Sequence record: PQ227241.1
Reading direction: 5' to 3' (one strand)
Length of the DNA: 64,000 nt
The position numbers and the translations under genes were made by a program. The notes under the pieces were generated by a model. It saw only the letters and a program-made list of their open reading frames with translations, was not told the DNA's origin and made no database searches. Below, in pieces: positions 37,950-47,675 of this stretch (positions are counted from its first letter, which is position 1; the number at the start of each line of letters is the position of its first letter).

Positions 37950-39476
37950 TTAATATTTCAATAGACTATTGATAAAAGCATTAGGGTCATAACGGTTATT
38001 TGAAAAAGCCGCCATTACATCACACCCTGGCTGATCTTTAAATCTGATATCTTCAGGAATATCGAAGTCAGGGAACATTAGTTTAATATACTCCCTAACC
38101 TCTTGATCTCGTAGATATGGAATCTCCACCATGTAATCAACGCGACCTTTCCTTAGAAGTGCTTTATCAATATTCTCAGGATGGTTTGTAGTTAGAATGG
38201 TCATAGTCTCATCTAGTGGAACAATGCCATCTAGCCCATTTAATAGAGCTGACAAAGTTAATCCGCTAGCTGGTTGTTCATACGTGATTCCATTCTTCAT
38301 GCACTTCTTTAATTTCCACCATCGGCGAATTGTGGTAAATAATGGATCTTTTTCATCGGCCCATTTTGAAACACCCAGTTCAGCCATAGCATAAGCACTT
38401 ATCCCAAAACCTTGATCATCGCTATTTTCATCAAAGATATAGATGGTGTCATTAAACCCAACTACAGAGTATCCTTCATAGTCATCTTTAAGATCAACCC
38501 ATGCAGACGGATATTTTTCAATTAAATCAATAAAAGAATATTTCCTCTCTAATTCCTTTATCTCTTTATCTAGTTTTACAGGATCATTTAAAACGCGATC
38601 TTTAACTGCCGGGGTATCATCGAAATCTTCAATTAGAAGAATATTACCTTTAGGTAGTGTAGTAAATGCCCGCCTAAGACTATCATTGGTCATAGAGGCT
38701 AATGACAGTGCACTAACATTTTTATTAAAATGTGAGGCAATCGCTTTACTGATTGAGGTTTTACCAGTACCAGGAGGACCTGTTAGAACACAAGTGAATT
38801 TATAGGGTAGTCCACGATCATCGTACCATTTCCGATCAGAATAGAATTCTTCAATCTTATTAAGGAATTCTTCTTTGATCTCTTTACGCAAAATCACCGT
38901 GTTGATATCGCGTTTAGTAACTTCAATCTCATTGCCCCAACGGTTACCATCCCAATGTGAAATAGTCAGACCCCTTTCATTTGGGCGCCAATGGTAAGCA
39001 TCTACTAAATCAATAATTAGTTTACTACTCCTAGATAATCCACGGATAGTAATATCCATTTGATCTCGACTGGCATTTTGACTATCCCGGCGTGCTTTTA
39101 CAAACCAGAATAACCTACCTTTAAACAGAAAGAAATGTAAGCCAAAACCAACACCAATTTTCTGTTTAGTTGCACTATAACTTTGCTCATCAACATTAGT
39201 TGAAAAACGTCGATTAAATCCAGCTAATGGCTGCTTAATATACCATTCCATGAAACAATCAAAGTTCTTCTCGTTCAGCCCATTACCCATGTTGGTAATA
39301 TGTAGACTAACTGTAAACTGATTTAATGCGAACCTAGCTAGTTTACTTGGTAAGCCTCTTAGAGTGGTCCAGAATAAACCACCAATTGCCATTCCGATAG
39401 CTCCACCCATAACCATATTCTTCTGAGAGATATCGATGAACATGGCGTAATATTGCAATAAGGTTTCTATAATCAT
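37950..39476 (-). CDS. BCS1-like membrane-anchored AAA+ ATPase
   Basis: N-terminal TM helix and BCS1_N-like region; WYDDRGLPY; Walker A GPPGTGKT; Walker B LLIEDFD; TLSALLNGLDG; TTNHPENIDKALLRKGRVD. Confidence 0.85.
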   Translation of the reverse strand: MIIETLLQYYAMFIDISQKNMVMGGAIGMAIGGLFWTTLRGLPSKLARFALNQFTVSLHITNMGNGLNEKNFDCFMEWYIKQPLAGFNRRFSTNVDEQSYSATKQKIGVGFGLHFFLFKGRLFWFVKARRDSQNASRDQMDITIRGLSRSSKLIIDLVDAYHWRPNERGLTISHWDGNRWGNEIEVTKRDINTVILRKEIKEEFLNKIEEFYSDRKWYDDRGLPYKFTCVLTGPPGTGKTSISKAIASHFNKNVSALSLASMTNDSLRRAFTTLPKGNILLIEDFDDTPAVKDRVLNDPVKLDKEIKELERKYSFIDLIEKYPSAWVDLKDDYEGYSVVGFNDTIYIFDENSDDQGFGISAYAMAELGVSKWADEKDPLFTTIRRWWKLKKCMKNGITYEQPASGLTLSALLNGLDGIVPLDETMTILTTNHPENIDKALLRKGRVDYMVEIPYLRDQEVREYIKLMFPDFDIPEDIRFKDQPGCDVMAAFSNNRYDPNAFINSLLKY

Positions 39477-40258
39477 GCTAGCATCCCTCTGGATAGCTTA
39501 GGAAAATATTGTCCACAGATCATGTATTCACGTTCTAGAAAATCTAGAGTATGACTTTCAAATATTTCACCTACATCTTTACCATAGATTTCCGTATACC
39601 CATTTTTGAATACGGCCATTACATAAACATCAGACATAGTCATGCCGTAGTTATAAATTTGATTGTCGCTGTATTTTGGATGAAATAGGTCATATAAAAA
39701 ACGAGTCATTGAACTATTGGCAACAGTTGTCACCCCTTTCTGCTTTAAGGCATAACGTACTTGTTTAACCACATAGTTAACTTTAGAGCGCTCGCCAAAT
39801 ACCGTCAGTTTATCTACATTGCAATTACGATATCCCATAACATCAGGATTAGCTATCACGGTGTGTTTTGGAACACGTACATCAAAGATAATGCCATTAG
39901 GGGATAGAATAATCTTTTCATGGTTAAATAGAACATGAAATAAATGTCGTTCTGGTTTAGTGATTTTGATACTTAACCCAATCACTCCACTAATCTTTCT
40001 TTCTAGATCTTCTAGTGACTGCATCACCATGTGATATTGATTGAAGAAAGCATTGTTCTTATATTGATCTAATTCAAAGTATTTCCAACTTCCACGAAAA
40101 TGAATAGCATGGCTTTTGGTATAACCTTTAGTTAATCGACACTTGAGTTTGTCAAACCAGCTTTCAAGATAACTCTCGACTGTAAAACCAAGTGGGTTAT
40201 TATTAATAAGTTTATTGGAATATGATAAGCTAAATCTGTACATAGTTCGACGATGCAT
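39473..40258 (-). CDS. Hypothetical protein
   Basis: Start set at ATG 40258 behind AGGA; ATGA overlap with ATPase. Confidence 0.7.
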   Translation of the reverse strand: MHRRTMYRFSLSYSNKLINNNPLGFTVESYLESWFDKLKCRLTKGYTKSHAIHFRGSWKYFELDQYKNNAFFNQYHMVMQSLEDLERKISGVIGLSIKITKPERHLFHVLFNHEKIILSPNGIIFDVRVPKHTVIANPDVMGYRNCNVDKLTVFGERSKVNYVVKQVRYALKQKGVTTVANSSMTRFLYDLFHPKYSDNQIYNYGMTMSDVYVMAVFKNGYTEIYGKDVGEIFESHTLDFLEREYMICGQYFPKLSRGMLA

Positions 40259-40287
40259 TTTATATTCCTGCCAAATAAAGAAAAAAT

Positions 40288-40309
40288 AAAGGGCTCCGAA
40301 GAGCCCTTT
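40288..40309 (-). terminator. Intrinsic terminator (UUCG)
   Basis: aaagggctc-cgaa-gagcccttt. Confidence 0.8.
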
Positions 40310-40314
40310 ATGTA

Positions 40315-40929
40315 TTAGATTTTTACAGACCAACTTTGCTCGAATTCCTGATATAGGAAATTGTCTGACGCATTATCCCAATTTTCTCGATCAGTTACAC
40401 CATAATAATGGAATTCTAGTTCAGTAGGTCCACCAACAAAACCATTCTTAGCATAGCTATAAACTTTGCCATTGGTTAGCTTAATCAGTGTATCCACATA
40501 GAAACTATTACGGTTCCATATTTCATTGTGGATGTACTTAAATACCACACTGTGGATATACTTAAATTGCGCACTTGGTTTTCCGAGTACACTCCAATAG
40601 AATTTACGGATACCTATTTCGGTCTTGAAATTAAACTCTCCGTTGCGAATGTTGTTAGAAACAATACGTGCCAGTTTATTAACCCGATTTTCTTCACCGA
40701 TTAGATAGATCCCGGAAACACTACATCCATCTCCTATTGATCCATTATTAACTAGTGGATCAACACCATATTCATCAGTGAAAATGGTTTTGATAACCTC
40801 TTTACCTTCTCGACGCACTAACATATTCAGGTGACCATCTTCGATATATGACATATGGCTAGGCTGAATATATTCACTTGTATCGACGATAACATCACGG
40901 ACACGTACTACACGGAGTGTTTTTGCCAT
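40315..40929 (-). CDS. Hypothetical protein
   Basis: 204 aa, AGGA RBS. Confidence 0.7.
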   Translation of the reverse strand: MAKTLRVVRVRDVIVDTSEYIQPSHMSYIEDGHLNMLVRREGKEVIKTIFTDEYGVDPLVNNGSIGDGCSVSGIYLIGEENRVNKLARIVSNNIRNGEFNFKTEIGIRKFYWSVLGKPSAQFKYIHSVVFKYIHNEIWNRNSFYVDTLIKLTNGKVYSYAKNGFVGGPTELEFHYYGVTDRENWDNASDNFLYQEFEQSWSVKI

Positions 40930-40961
40930 TTTTAATTATCCTAAATACATAAAGGAATCAC

Positions 40962-41423
40962 TTAGTAAACACCATTGACAATAGCATCGCGGAAACGAGA
41001 CCATTCCGTTTGACCAACTACGAATACTCGTTCTTTAGGACGCCATAGATGATCACCGCAGTCAAGACCCAAGTAAAGCATATTGGTTTTCCAATGATTG
41101 CGATGAACACGTAGTTTAGCTGATACACTGAACTCACACATTACTTCATTTACATCAAGATGTGTTAGTGTATCACTAATCATACCTGACATACTGATAC
41201 CAATTGATTTACGAACTCGGATTAGATCCTCAGTCATCACCCGCCAAGTTACCAGATGCTCGTAATACTCATCTGGGGTCATGTTGTTTTTATAATTCAG
41301 TGCACCTGGAGTCATTGACATCCAGTTAGTGAACTGGGAAGTCATGTAATACATCCAATCACTATTATGACGGAGTTCTTTAAGCTTCTCTTGTATTACG
41401 ATATTAGTAGTTGCTTTAGTCAT
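40962..41423 (-). CDS. Hypothetical protein
   Basis: 153 aa. Confidence 0.7.
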   Translation of the reverse strand: MTKATTNIVIQEKLKELRHNSDWMYYMTSQFTNWMSMTPGALNYKNNMTPDEYYEHLVTWRVMTEDLIRVRKSIGISMSGMISDTLTHLDVNEVMCEFSVSAKLRVHRNHWKTNMLYLGLDCGDHLWRPKERVFVVGQTEWSRFRDAIVNGVY

Positions 41424-41856
41424 CTACGTAACCCTCATCAGATACATAAGTACGTTCAGGGCTGAACACATATTTGATGTTATTAATTACAGCTGTGATA
41501 TAAACCTGATATTCTTTTGAAATAGATTCCATCAGTTCAATAGATACGGAATTTGAACTCTGAATAAGTTTATTTACTTTCTTTAGTTCATCAAATTCTA
41601 ACCGACCGTAGATTACACCAACATCTCTGAAACTGATAACTGGATAGTGTTTCCAAATATAACAATTCAGTTTACCAAGATGAATTACTTGAATTGTTTC
41701 ATCGCACCATTGTTTCTTTTTCTTATTGTAGTATTCAACACGACGTTCGATGAAGACGCGAGTACCAGAAACAGAGGTGTACGCATTCAGTTCATAACCA
41801 TACTTATGGTCAACGTTATTTGGGTCTTGGCGCCATTTTGGGATGAACGCTTTCAT
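41416..41856 (-). CDS. Hypothetical protein
   Basis: 146 aa, AAGGA RBS. Confidence 0.7.
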   Translation of the reverse strand: MKAFIPKWRQDPNNVDHKYGYELNAYTSVSGTRVFIERRVEYYNKKKKQWCDETIQVIHLGKLNCYIWKHYPVISFRDVGVIYGRLEFDELKKVNKLIQSSNSVSIELMESISKEYQVYITAVINNIKYVFSPERTYVSDEGYVDD

Positions 41857-41883
41857 TTGTATTTTCCTTTTTACGAAATAGAA

Positions 41884-41901
41884 GCCCTCCCGAAGGAGGG
41901 C
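41884..41901 (-). terminator. Intrinsic terminator (UUCG)
   Basis: gccctcc-cgaa-ggagggc. Confidence 0.8.
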
Positions 41902-41914
41902 AATTATACCATTA

Positions 41915-42214
41915 TTAAATTACGAGTCTATATACTTCTTTTAATTTCTCACCAGGGGTAGCTAGATAATCGACATTATATTTAATAGCAATTACACCCA
42001 CAAGTTCTTTTCTCAGTAGTAGTTCTACCTGATCGCATAATTTATCGATAGCTTCATCTTCTACATCCTCGTATAATGGATATTGACTATAAATATTATC
42101 AGGTGTAAGTACAGACAGTTTCAATTCCCCATCTTTACCAATGACTGGGTGATATGTCTGTTTAAGACCTTTACAATGATAGTGATAGGTAATGCGCTGC
42201 TGTTTAGTGGTCAT
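41915..42214 (-). CDS. Hypothetical protein
   Basis: Start set at ATG 42214. Confidence 0.6.
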   Translation of the reverse strand: MTTKQQRITYHYHCKGLKQTYHPVIGKDGELKLSVLTPDNIYSQYPLYEDVEDEAIDKLCDQVELLLRKELVGVIAIKYNVDYLATPGEKLKEVYRLVI

Positions 42215-42225
42215 GTAAAGATACC

Positions 42226-42747
42226 TCAAATAAACCGTTGGGTAGTTCCGTCTTTAAAGACAGTTAGTTGATTAACATCTTTCAATGAATTATCTGCAAT
42301 ATTCTTAGCCAATAGCAGTAGATCATTGTGATATGTTTTAATGAGAACTTTAAGCCTCTCCCTCTGTTTATAGCGGAAACCTTTATTAATCACAGTAACT
42401 CCATCTGGGTTATTTTTATAATTCAGTACAGTGATTGGTGTATTCGGTACAAAGACGGCTAGTTCGTCATCGAATACAATGTAAACCATCACTTTATAAT
42501 TATTAACCGATTCTTGGAATTGTTGTGTGATTACATTATAGTCTTTTGTGCGATGACTAAGAAATAGCTCTCTATTAGCTCGGCAGAAACTATGTCGTGC
42601 TTCTTTATCAGCACTCATAACAGCGATACCACGGATAATGAATTTATTATCTAAGGTATATTTTCTTTGAGACATTGCATAATCGACTACATCAACATCA
42701 CCGCCGAATAGTACGGCATTTTCACCATATCCACAAATAAGAGCCAT
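42226..42747 (-). CDS. Hypothetical protein
   Basis: 173 aa, AGGT RBS. Confidence 0.7.
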   Translation of the reverse strand: MALICGYGENAVLFGGDVDVVDYAMSQRKYTLDNKFIIRGIAVMSADKEARHSFCRANRELFLSHRTKDYNVITQQFQESVNNYKVMVYIVFDDELAVFVPNTPITVLNYKNNPDGVTVINKGFRYKQRERLKVLIKTYHNDLLLLAKNIADNSLKDVNQLTVFKDGTTQRFI

Positions 42748-42761
42748 TTATAATTACCTGT

Positions 42762-43121
42762 TTAAAAATTATATTCAATAAATTGGAGAGTGAATAGTTC
42801 ACTACATTCCCATGTACGACTTGCTAATTTATATTTACCTTTAACAGGTAAGTCATATTCATGTAATGCCTTTTCTACTGAACCTGCCTCATGATTGGCT
42901 AATAGCACCTGTCTAGCTTTTATGATTTCTGAGCAATTAACTAACTCATAATCATCTCGCTTTGGTGTCCAAATGGCAACATTGGTGCCTGGCTTTCTAG
43001 CATACCAGAGTACATCATGGCCCTCTGGATTAATAATAGAGATGTATAGCTGACGTGCAGCGGGTAACCATAAGTTACGTGGATCATATTCTCCATTAAC
43101 ATCAAAGAATTTAAATATCAT
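42762..43121 (-). CDS. Hypothetical protein
   Basis: 119 aa, ATGA overlap. Confidence 0.7.
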   Translation of the reverse strand: MIFKFFDVNGEYDPRNLWLPAARQLYISIINPEGHDVLWYARKPGTNVAIWTPKRDDYELVNCSEIIKARQVLLANHEAGSVEKALHEYDLPVKGKYKLASRTWECSELFTLQFIEYNF

Positions 43122-43357
43122 AGAGTTGGAACCGGTTTTGATGGATCAGCAATTAGTGCAGATTCGTCTACATAAACCATTGCAAAGTTTTCACCTTCTT
43201 TACGAATACCAGTAGAAGGTGTTTTCGATGGATCATAAACGATAATTTGGCACTGCTGTCCAGCTGTTAAATAAGTTGGGCCAGTTAATGCATTGGGTTT
43301 TGGATGAGGAATATCAATTTTAGTAATACAATATTGACCAGTACGAAACTCACGCAT
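43118..43357 (-). CDS. Small beta-rich (SH3-like) hypothetical protein
   Basis: 79 aa, FRTGQYCITK pattern. Confidence 0.6.
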   Translation of the reverse strand: MREFRTGQYCITKIDIPHPKPNALTGPTYLTAGQQCQIIVYDPSKTPSTGIRKEGENFAMVYVDESALIADPSKPVPTL

Positions 43358-43369
43358 TATATTAACCTC

Positions 43370-44056
43370 TTAATGAATAACTGTTGCAGAAGGACGACAT
43401 TTCATAGTTTTAAAAATGTCAGTAGGATAGATATTACCAGCTTGTCCGAAAGGTTTATCGGCTAGAAGAAACTGCGGACAAACTGTTTGTAGATAACCAC
43501 TATCAGTGGGTAGGAATCCTTCAATATCACTGATGAGAATTTGCCAGATGGGCAATTGGTTATAATAGTCATCCATATTGTAGTATGCGTGGAGTTTACC
43601 ACCAAAACCATATACAAATTGACGAGTATCAATTAGGCGAATACCAAATTTAGGTTGGCGTCCCATCCGTTGATCTTCTTCAAATGCACTCAGTAAATCT
43701 GCAATCTCTACGCCACCCGTGATCTGTTTCACTTCTTTTAATTTTTCAAAAATGGCGTAAAAGGTATTTACTGCCGATTCCTTAGTAATGCAGGCAGTGA
43801 TCACCAGTTCAGGAAAGAGTGGATCTTCTTTATTACATCCACACGTGTAATAAACAACATTGGAACCAATATCACCTTCTCGTTCAACCACGGCAAAAGG
43901 TTTTTTGGATAGTTTCATTTGCTTTTCAATTAACTGTCTGCTATTCTCACGAATAGATTCATATTCGTGACTGGCCTTAAAAATAGGTGCTTTGTAATCT
44001 ATCTCTTTTGGTTCTACTAGATCACTTGCCGATTTGATAACTAATGGATTACTCAT
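43370..44056 (-). CDS. DUF4262-like protein
   Basis: VYYTCG...FPELVI...WQILISDIEGFLPTDSGY matches DUF4262 pattern from memory. Confidence 0.55.
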   Translation of the reverse strand: MSNPLVIKSASDLVEPKEIDYKAPIFKASHEYESIRENSRQLIEKQMKLSKKPFAVVEREGDIGSNVVYYTCGCNKEDPLFPELVITACITKESAVNTFYAIFEKLKEVKQITGGVEIADLLSAFEEDQRMGRQPKFGIRLIDTRQFVYGFGGKLHAYYNMDDYYNQLPIWQILISDIEGFLPTDSGYLQTVCPQFLLADKPFGQAGNIYPTDIFKTMKCRPSATVIH

Positions 44057-44102
44057 TGTATATTTCCTTTTCTTATATAAGAAAAGGGAGGTATTACCCT
44101 CC

Positions 44103-44438
44103 CTAATTAAGCATTAAATATTTAGGTTCAGTAGTGGCTCGGATCTTAGCAATAAGTGCTTTTTGATCACTAACCTTACTAATGGGATATTCTAATAAAC
44201 GTAAATCCATGTCCCGATGTACTAAACCTAACATTGCCTTATTTTGATGACTATTATTACGTAATGCAGCGATATGTTTATCAACTTCATTACTAACAGT
44301 CTTTGAAAGCCCTACCAAATACTTCCCAGTTGCAATGTGTTCAATAACATAAACACCTGCTCCAACTATTTCGCTTCTTTTCCCACGACCGTGCGAAGTA
44401 CTTGACCAACTATAACACTTATCATCAACTATAAACAT
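44103..44438 (-). CDS. GIY-YIG-like nuclease domain protein
   Basis: GVYVIEHIATGKYLVG, H...L...SHQN; single domain of 111 aa. Confidence 0.6.
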   Translation of the reverse strand: MFIVDDKCYSWSSTSHGRGKRSEIVGAGVYVIEHIATGKYLVGLSKTVSNEVDKHIAALRNNSHQNKAMLGLVHRDMDLRLLEYPISKVSDQKALIAKIRATTEPKYLMLN

Positions 44439-44481
44439 GGTTAATTCCCGTCCTATAACTATCTAATTGGACGGTCAAGTA

Positions 44482-44844
44482 TTAGCTACCAGTCCATGAA
44501 TACTTATCATAAACTAACCACATTGAATGGATCTTATTGATGATATTGAAAATAGGTTCTTGGACCTCTTCAAAATCACCTAGGTTAGCTGCCAGATTGG
44601 CCATGTATTGGAATAGCCACTCAATTGACACATCCACTAGATTGGTAAATGGGATACTGGCATATGGGATTTGCTTTGACATACCAAACTGATAAACCTT
44701 AGCAAACCATGCATCCAACATTGCAACATCTGCTTTAAGCATCCAATTAATTTCAGCAGGATGTGCGCCATAGGTGATGTTAAATAAATCACCAGTAACT
44801 GTTTTAACAAGCATTTCCACTTCAGTCGCATTAAATTCAATCAT
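44482..44844 (-). CDS. Hypothetical protein
   Basis: 120 aa. Confidence 0.65.
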   Translation of the reverse strand: MIEFNATEVEMLVKTVTGDLFNITYGAHPAEINWMLKADVAMLDAWFAKVYQFGMSKQIPYASIPFTNLVDVSIEWLFQYMANLAANLGDFEEVQEPIFNIINKIHSMWLVYDKYSWTGS

Positions 44845-44845
44845 C

Positions 44846-45223
44846 TCAACCCACCTTTAGTTTACTGCAATATAGTCTAAACTTAAGAATATCCTCTACT
44901 AAGTTAGACCACAGGGTATACCTATTTCGTGATGCATTTACTTCTTCAATCTTAGCATTTATATTTTGGCGAAGAACTTTGTAATGCTGATACGCATTAG
45001 TCGCATGTTTAGAGAACATGATGATAATATCATCAGGACTTTTATTTAGCACATCAGCTAGTGAATCATCATCATATATTTCAATAAGTGTATTAACGAT
45101 ACGATGATGAAGATGGGTTAGTAATTGGTAAATATGATATTCGCTACCAATATAATCACCTTTTATAAAAGCTCTTTTACTGTAGAAGATCTGTGCAGTA
45201 TCTCTTATGCATTCAAGTTTCAT
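44846..45223 (-). CDS. Hypothetical protein
   Basis: 125 aa, ATGA overlap. Confidence 0.65.
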   Translation of the reverse strand: MKLECIRDTAQIFYSKRAFIKGDYIGSEYHIYQLLTHLHHRIVNTLIEIYDDDSLADVLNKSPDDIIIMFSKHATNAYQHYKVLRQNINAKIEEVNASRNRYTLWSNLVEDILKFRLYCSKLKVG

Positions 45224-45432
45224 TGTGCATTAACCTGATGTAGATGAACATAAAATCCATTACTAGGACCACTATTAGATGGATAAACTAACAGATGGTC
45301 TCCATTAACAGATTCGATTATAACTACAGTACCAGCTTTACATAGTGTAAGATCATAACCGCATTCACCGGTGCTATTAATAATATCTGTATTGACTACA
45401 ACTTTGTCACCGGCTTTAAATGAATTTGACAT
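45220..45432 (-). CDS. Small beta-rich (SH3-like) hypothetical protein
   Basis: 70 aa, FKAGDKVVV pattern; GAGGTG RBS. Confidence 0.65.
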   Translation of the reverse strand: MSNSFKAGDKVVVNTDIINSTGECGYDLTLCKAGTVVIIESVNGDHLLVYPSNSGPSNGFYVHLHQVNAQ

Positions 45433-45440
45433 ATACCACC

Positions 45441-45743
45441 TCAGTTATATGCGTGAAGAATATCATCCATATCTGTACATTGTACAGTTTCAATTTGATT
45501 ATAATTGTCGGCATTTAAAACTCTAAAGCCGCCTTCGGGATTACCCTCATCAACGCCTAATACGGTTAGGTCATCTCCTTCATCGGCAAACTTCCATTCT
45601 AGATAACCATTCTTTTTACAAGTACGCATGATCCAAATATCCTGTGTTGCTTGTAGAATCATACCAACTTGAACTTTATTCTTAGCGATAAGACTAATAC
45701 CATTAGCTAGCGCGTTTGCTAGACAGCTCACTGTTGAACTCAT
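45441..45743 (-). CDS. Hypothetical protein
   Basis: 100 aa, GAGGT RBS. Confidence 0.65.
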   Translation of the reverse strand: MSSTVSCLANALANGISLIAKNKVQVGMILQATQDIWIMRTCKKNGYLEWKFADEGDDLTVLGVDEGNPEGGFRVLNADNYNQIETVQCTDMDDILHAYN

Positions 45744-45799
45744 TTCTTTTTACCTCTTTACAACTCTTCTCTTCAGTCAGCCATGACTTGTTAAAGATG

Positions 45800-45952
45800 C
45801 TATTTATGATAGGATTGAATTTCGGTGATTCTTTCTTTTTCTGATCGGTATCCATCGATATCACCTATATTGATAATTTTATTAATACCAATTAGCGTAC
45901 TACCTAAAACCGCTATAACTAAAAACAATGCTACATATTTCATTCCTTCCAT
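45800..45952 (-). CDS. Small membrane protein (50 aa, not in ORF track)
   Basis: MEGMKYVALFLVIAVLGSTLIGINK... Confidence 0.5.
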   Translation of the reverse strand: MEGMKYVALFLVIAVLGSTLIGINKIINIGDIDGYRSEKERITEIQSYHK

Positions 45953-46037
45953 TTGTGATACCTCAGATAATATTTATTTTATTTGGCATGGTTGTTATAT
46001 AACTTTAAATTTTATTATAATAAACTATTACCCCGTA

Positions 46038-46340
46038 TTAAGGTAATAGTTTATTATATTTATTATAGTTATCGATAACCCATTGGCATGACATATGTTT
46101 AGGAGTATCACCTAGTAATTTGGTGTACGTTAGAAAATATATTACTTGGGCTTTGTTAAAGTCCAATCCAGCTTCTTCCCAGATATAACGATACTGTTCA
46201 GTTTTATCCCCATGTGCAGCAACCAGACCAGCGCATGCATCAATGTATCGATCCTCACCAGAGAAAACAGCACTTATGAATTTATCAGTATTATCCAACA
46301 TATACTGAGTCGATTTGATTACCTTATCATTCATTTTCAT
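46038..46340 (-). CDS. Hypothetical protein
   Basis: 100 aa. Confidence 0.65.
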   Translation of the reverse strand: MKMNDKVIKSTQYMLDNTDKFISAVFSGEDRYIDACAGLVAAHGDKTEQYRYIWEEAGLDFNKAQVIYFLTYTKLLGDTPKHMSCQWVIDNYNKYNKLLP

Positions 46341-46374
46341 TTGAATATACCTGTTTATATAAAAGGATATAAAA

Positions 46375-46392
46375 GCCTCCCCGAAGGGAGGC
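46375..46392 (-). terminator. Intrinsic terminator (UUCG)
   Basis: gcctccc-cgaa-gggaggc. Confidence 0.8.
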
Positions 46393-46402
46393 CATTATGA
46401 CG

Positions 46403-46837
46403 TTACATTGTGAAACGAATTGACACACCACAAATAGGACTATTGTCATCTGTCCAAATTTTTGCAGTACCATCATTTTTAATAGTTAAACAATAACCCC
46501 AACGGAGATTATTTATTTTAGTGGTATAACCACTTTTGAATACAGCCATGTCTTTATAAAGCTGAGGGATAGTTGGCACTACCTTTGACTGCATTTTACC
46601 AGATAAATCACGATAGTAGAGTTTATCTACAATCACATTATCAAATTTTTTGTAATCACCAAAGACTTCAGATAGATTAAACTCTACCCCATCTGTTTTC
46701 AGTGGGGCTGTCATAAAACTACCTTGCTCAGTTGTAACCATACTGATAGCAACATCATGGTCTAATAGAAATCGAGTTTCACCAATAGTTTTCTTATATA
46801 CTGGGAAACTTCCTAGCGGTTGTAGAACACTCATCAT
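46403..46837 (-). CDS. Hypothetical protein
   Basis: 144 aa, AGGAG RBS. Confidence 0.7.
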   Translation of the reverse strand: MMSVLQPLGSFPVYKKTIGETRFLLDHDVAISMVTTEQGSFMTAPLKTDGVEFNLSEVFGDYKKFDNVIVDKLYYRDLSGKMQSKVVPTIPQLYKDMAVFKSGYTTKINNLRWGYCLTIKNDGTAKIWTDDNSPICGVSIRFTM

Positions 46838-46870
46838 TAACTCCTGATTGACGGTCTATAAAATTGACCA

Positions 46871-47317
46871 TTATAAACCTTTATAGCATTCTACGCTAAT
46901 TTTCTTTATGGTCATATCAAACTCACTATCAACATACTCATTGTCATGATAGTATTCATCTGAATAACCTATGAGTTTTTTCTGGTTATGATAATTTAAA
47001 AAGAAAATAACACGCATCACAATACAAGCATGTTCGGGATGATTAAGGTATAATTCTTTCTTATTTAGGTCTAAATAAAGTGTTTTTATTTGAACTGGTT
47101 CATTAGTGAAAACTAGTTTTACAGGGTTATCCAGCTGTATTACTTTGGGTTCACTATTAAAAAATGTATCACCGGGTTCACCTAAGTAATACGTAATTGA
47201 TTTAACATAATAGGCTATATCTTCGGTTTTCTCTAACCGGGTTATACAATAGCCGGTTATGACTGAAAGAACAAACAATGATAAAATAACTAATATTATC
47301 TCAGTCACATTGACCAC
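46871..47317 (-). CDS. Membrane-anchored hypothetical protein
   Basis: N-terminal TM helix. Confidence 0.65.
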   Translation of the reverse strand: MVNVTEIILVILSLFVLSVITGYCITRLEKTEDIAYYVKSITYYLGEPGDTFFNSEPKVIQLDNPVKLVFTNEPVQIKTLYLDLNKKELYLNHPEHACIVMRVIFFLNYHNQKKLIGYSDEYYHDNEYVDSEFDMTIKKISVECYKGL

Positions 47318-47597
47318 CCATATAAAGTGTTGTTATATCGATACACTGTGAAACAGAATGTTTACGTGGAATAAATATTTCATCGATGGTTAAATCATCA
47401 TCAATGGGTTGAATACTTTCTAATCTACCAAATCCATCACAGTTAAATTTAAGTGCTGGATAACCTTCAATACCCATGCTAACCCAACTATTTTTATTTT
47501 TAGTTACATGGTTGAATTTAAAATTACGCATCTTTCCTAGAAATTCAATTGTCCATGTAGCATCCTTCTGTTTCTTCAAATGGTAATATTTATTCAT
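47301..47597 (-). CDS. Hypothetical protein
   Basis: 98 aa. Confidence 0.6.
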   Translation of the reverse strand: MNKYYHLKKQKDATWTIEFLGKMRNFKFNHVTKNKNSWVSMGIEGYPALKFNCDGFGRLESIQPIDDDLTIDEIFIPRKHSVSQCIDITTLYMGGQCD

Positions 47598-47643
47598 TAG
47601 TATTCACCATTATTAAGATTAGTTTCATTCTATTAAATAGATA

Positions 47644-47661
47644 GGGGGTCTTTAGACCCCC
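47644..47661 (-). terminator. Intrinsic terminator
   Basis: gggggtc-ttta-gaccccc. Confidence 0.7.
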
Positions 47662-47675
47662 ATTTTCATAATTAA

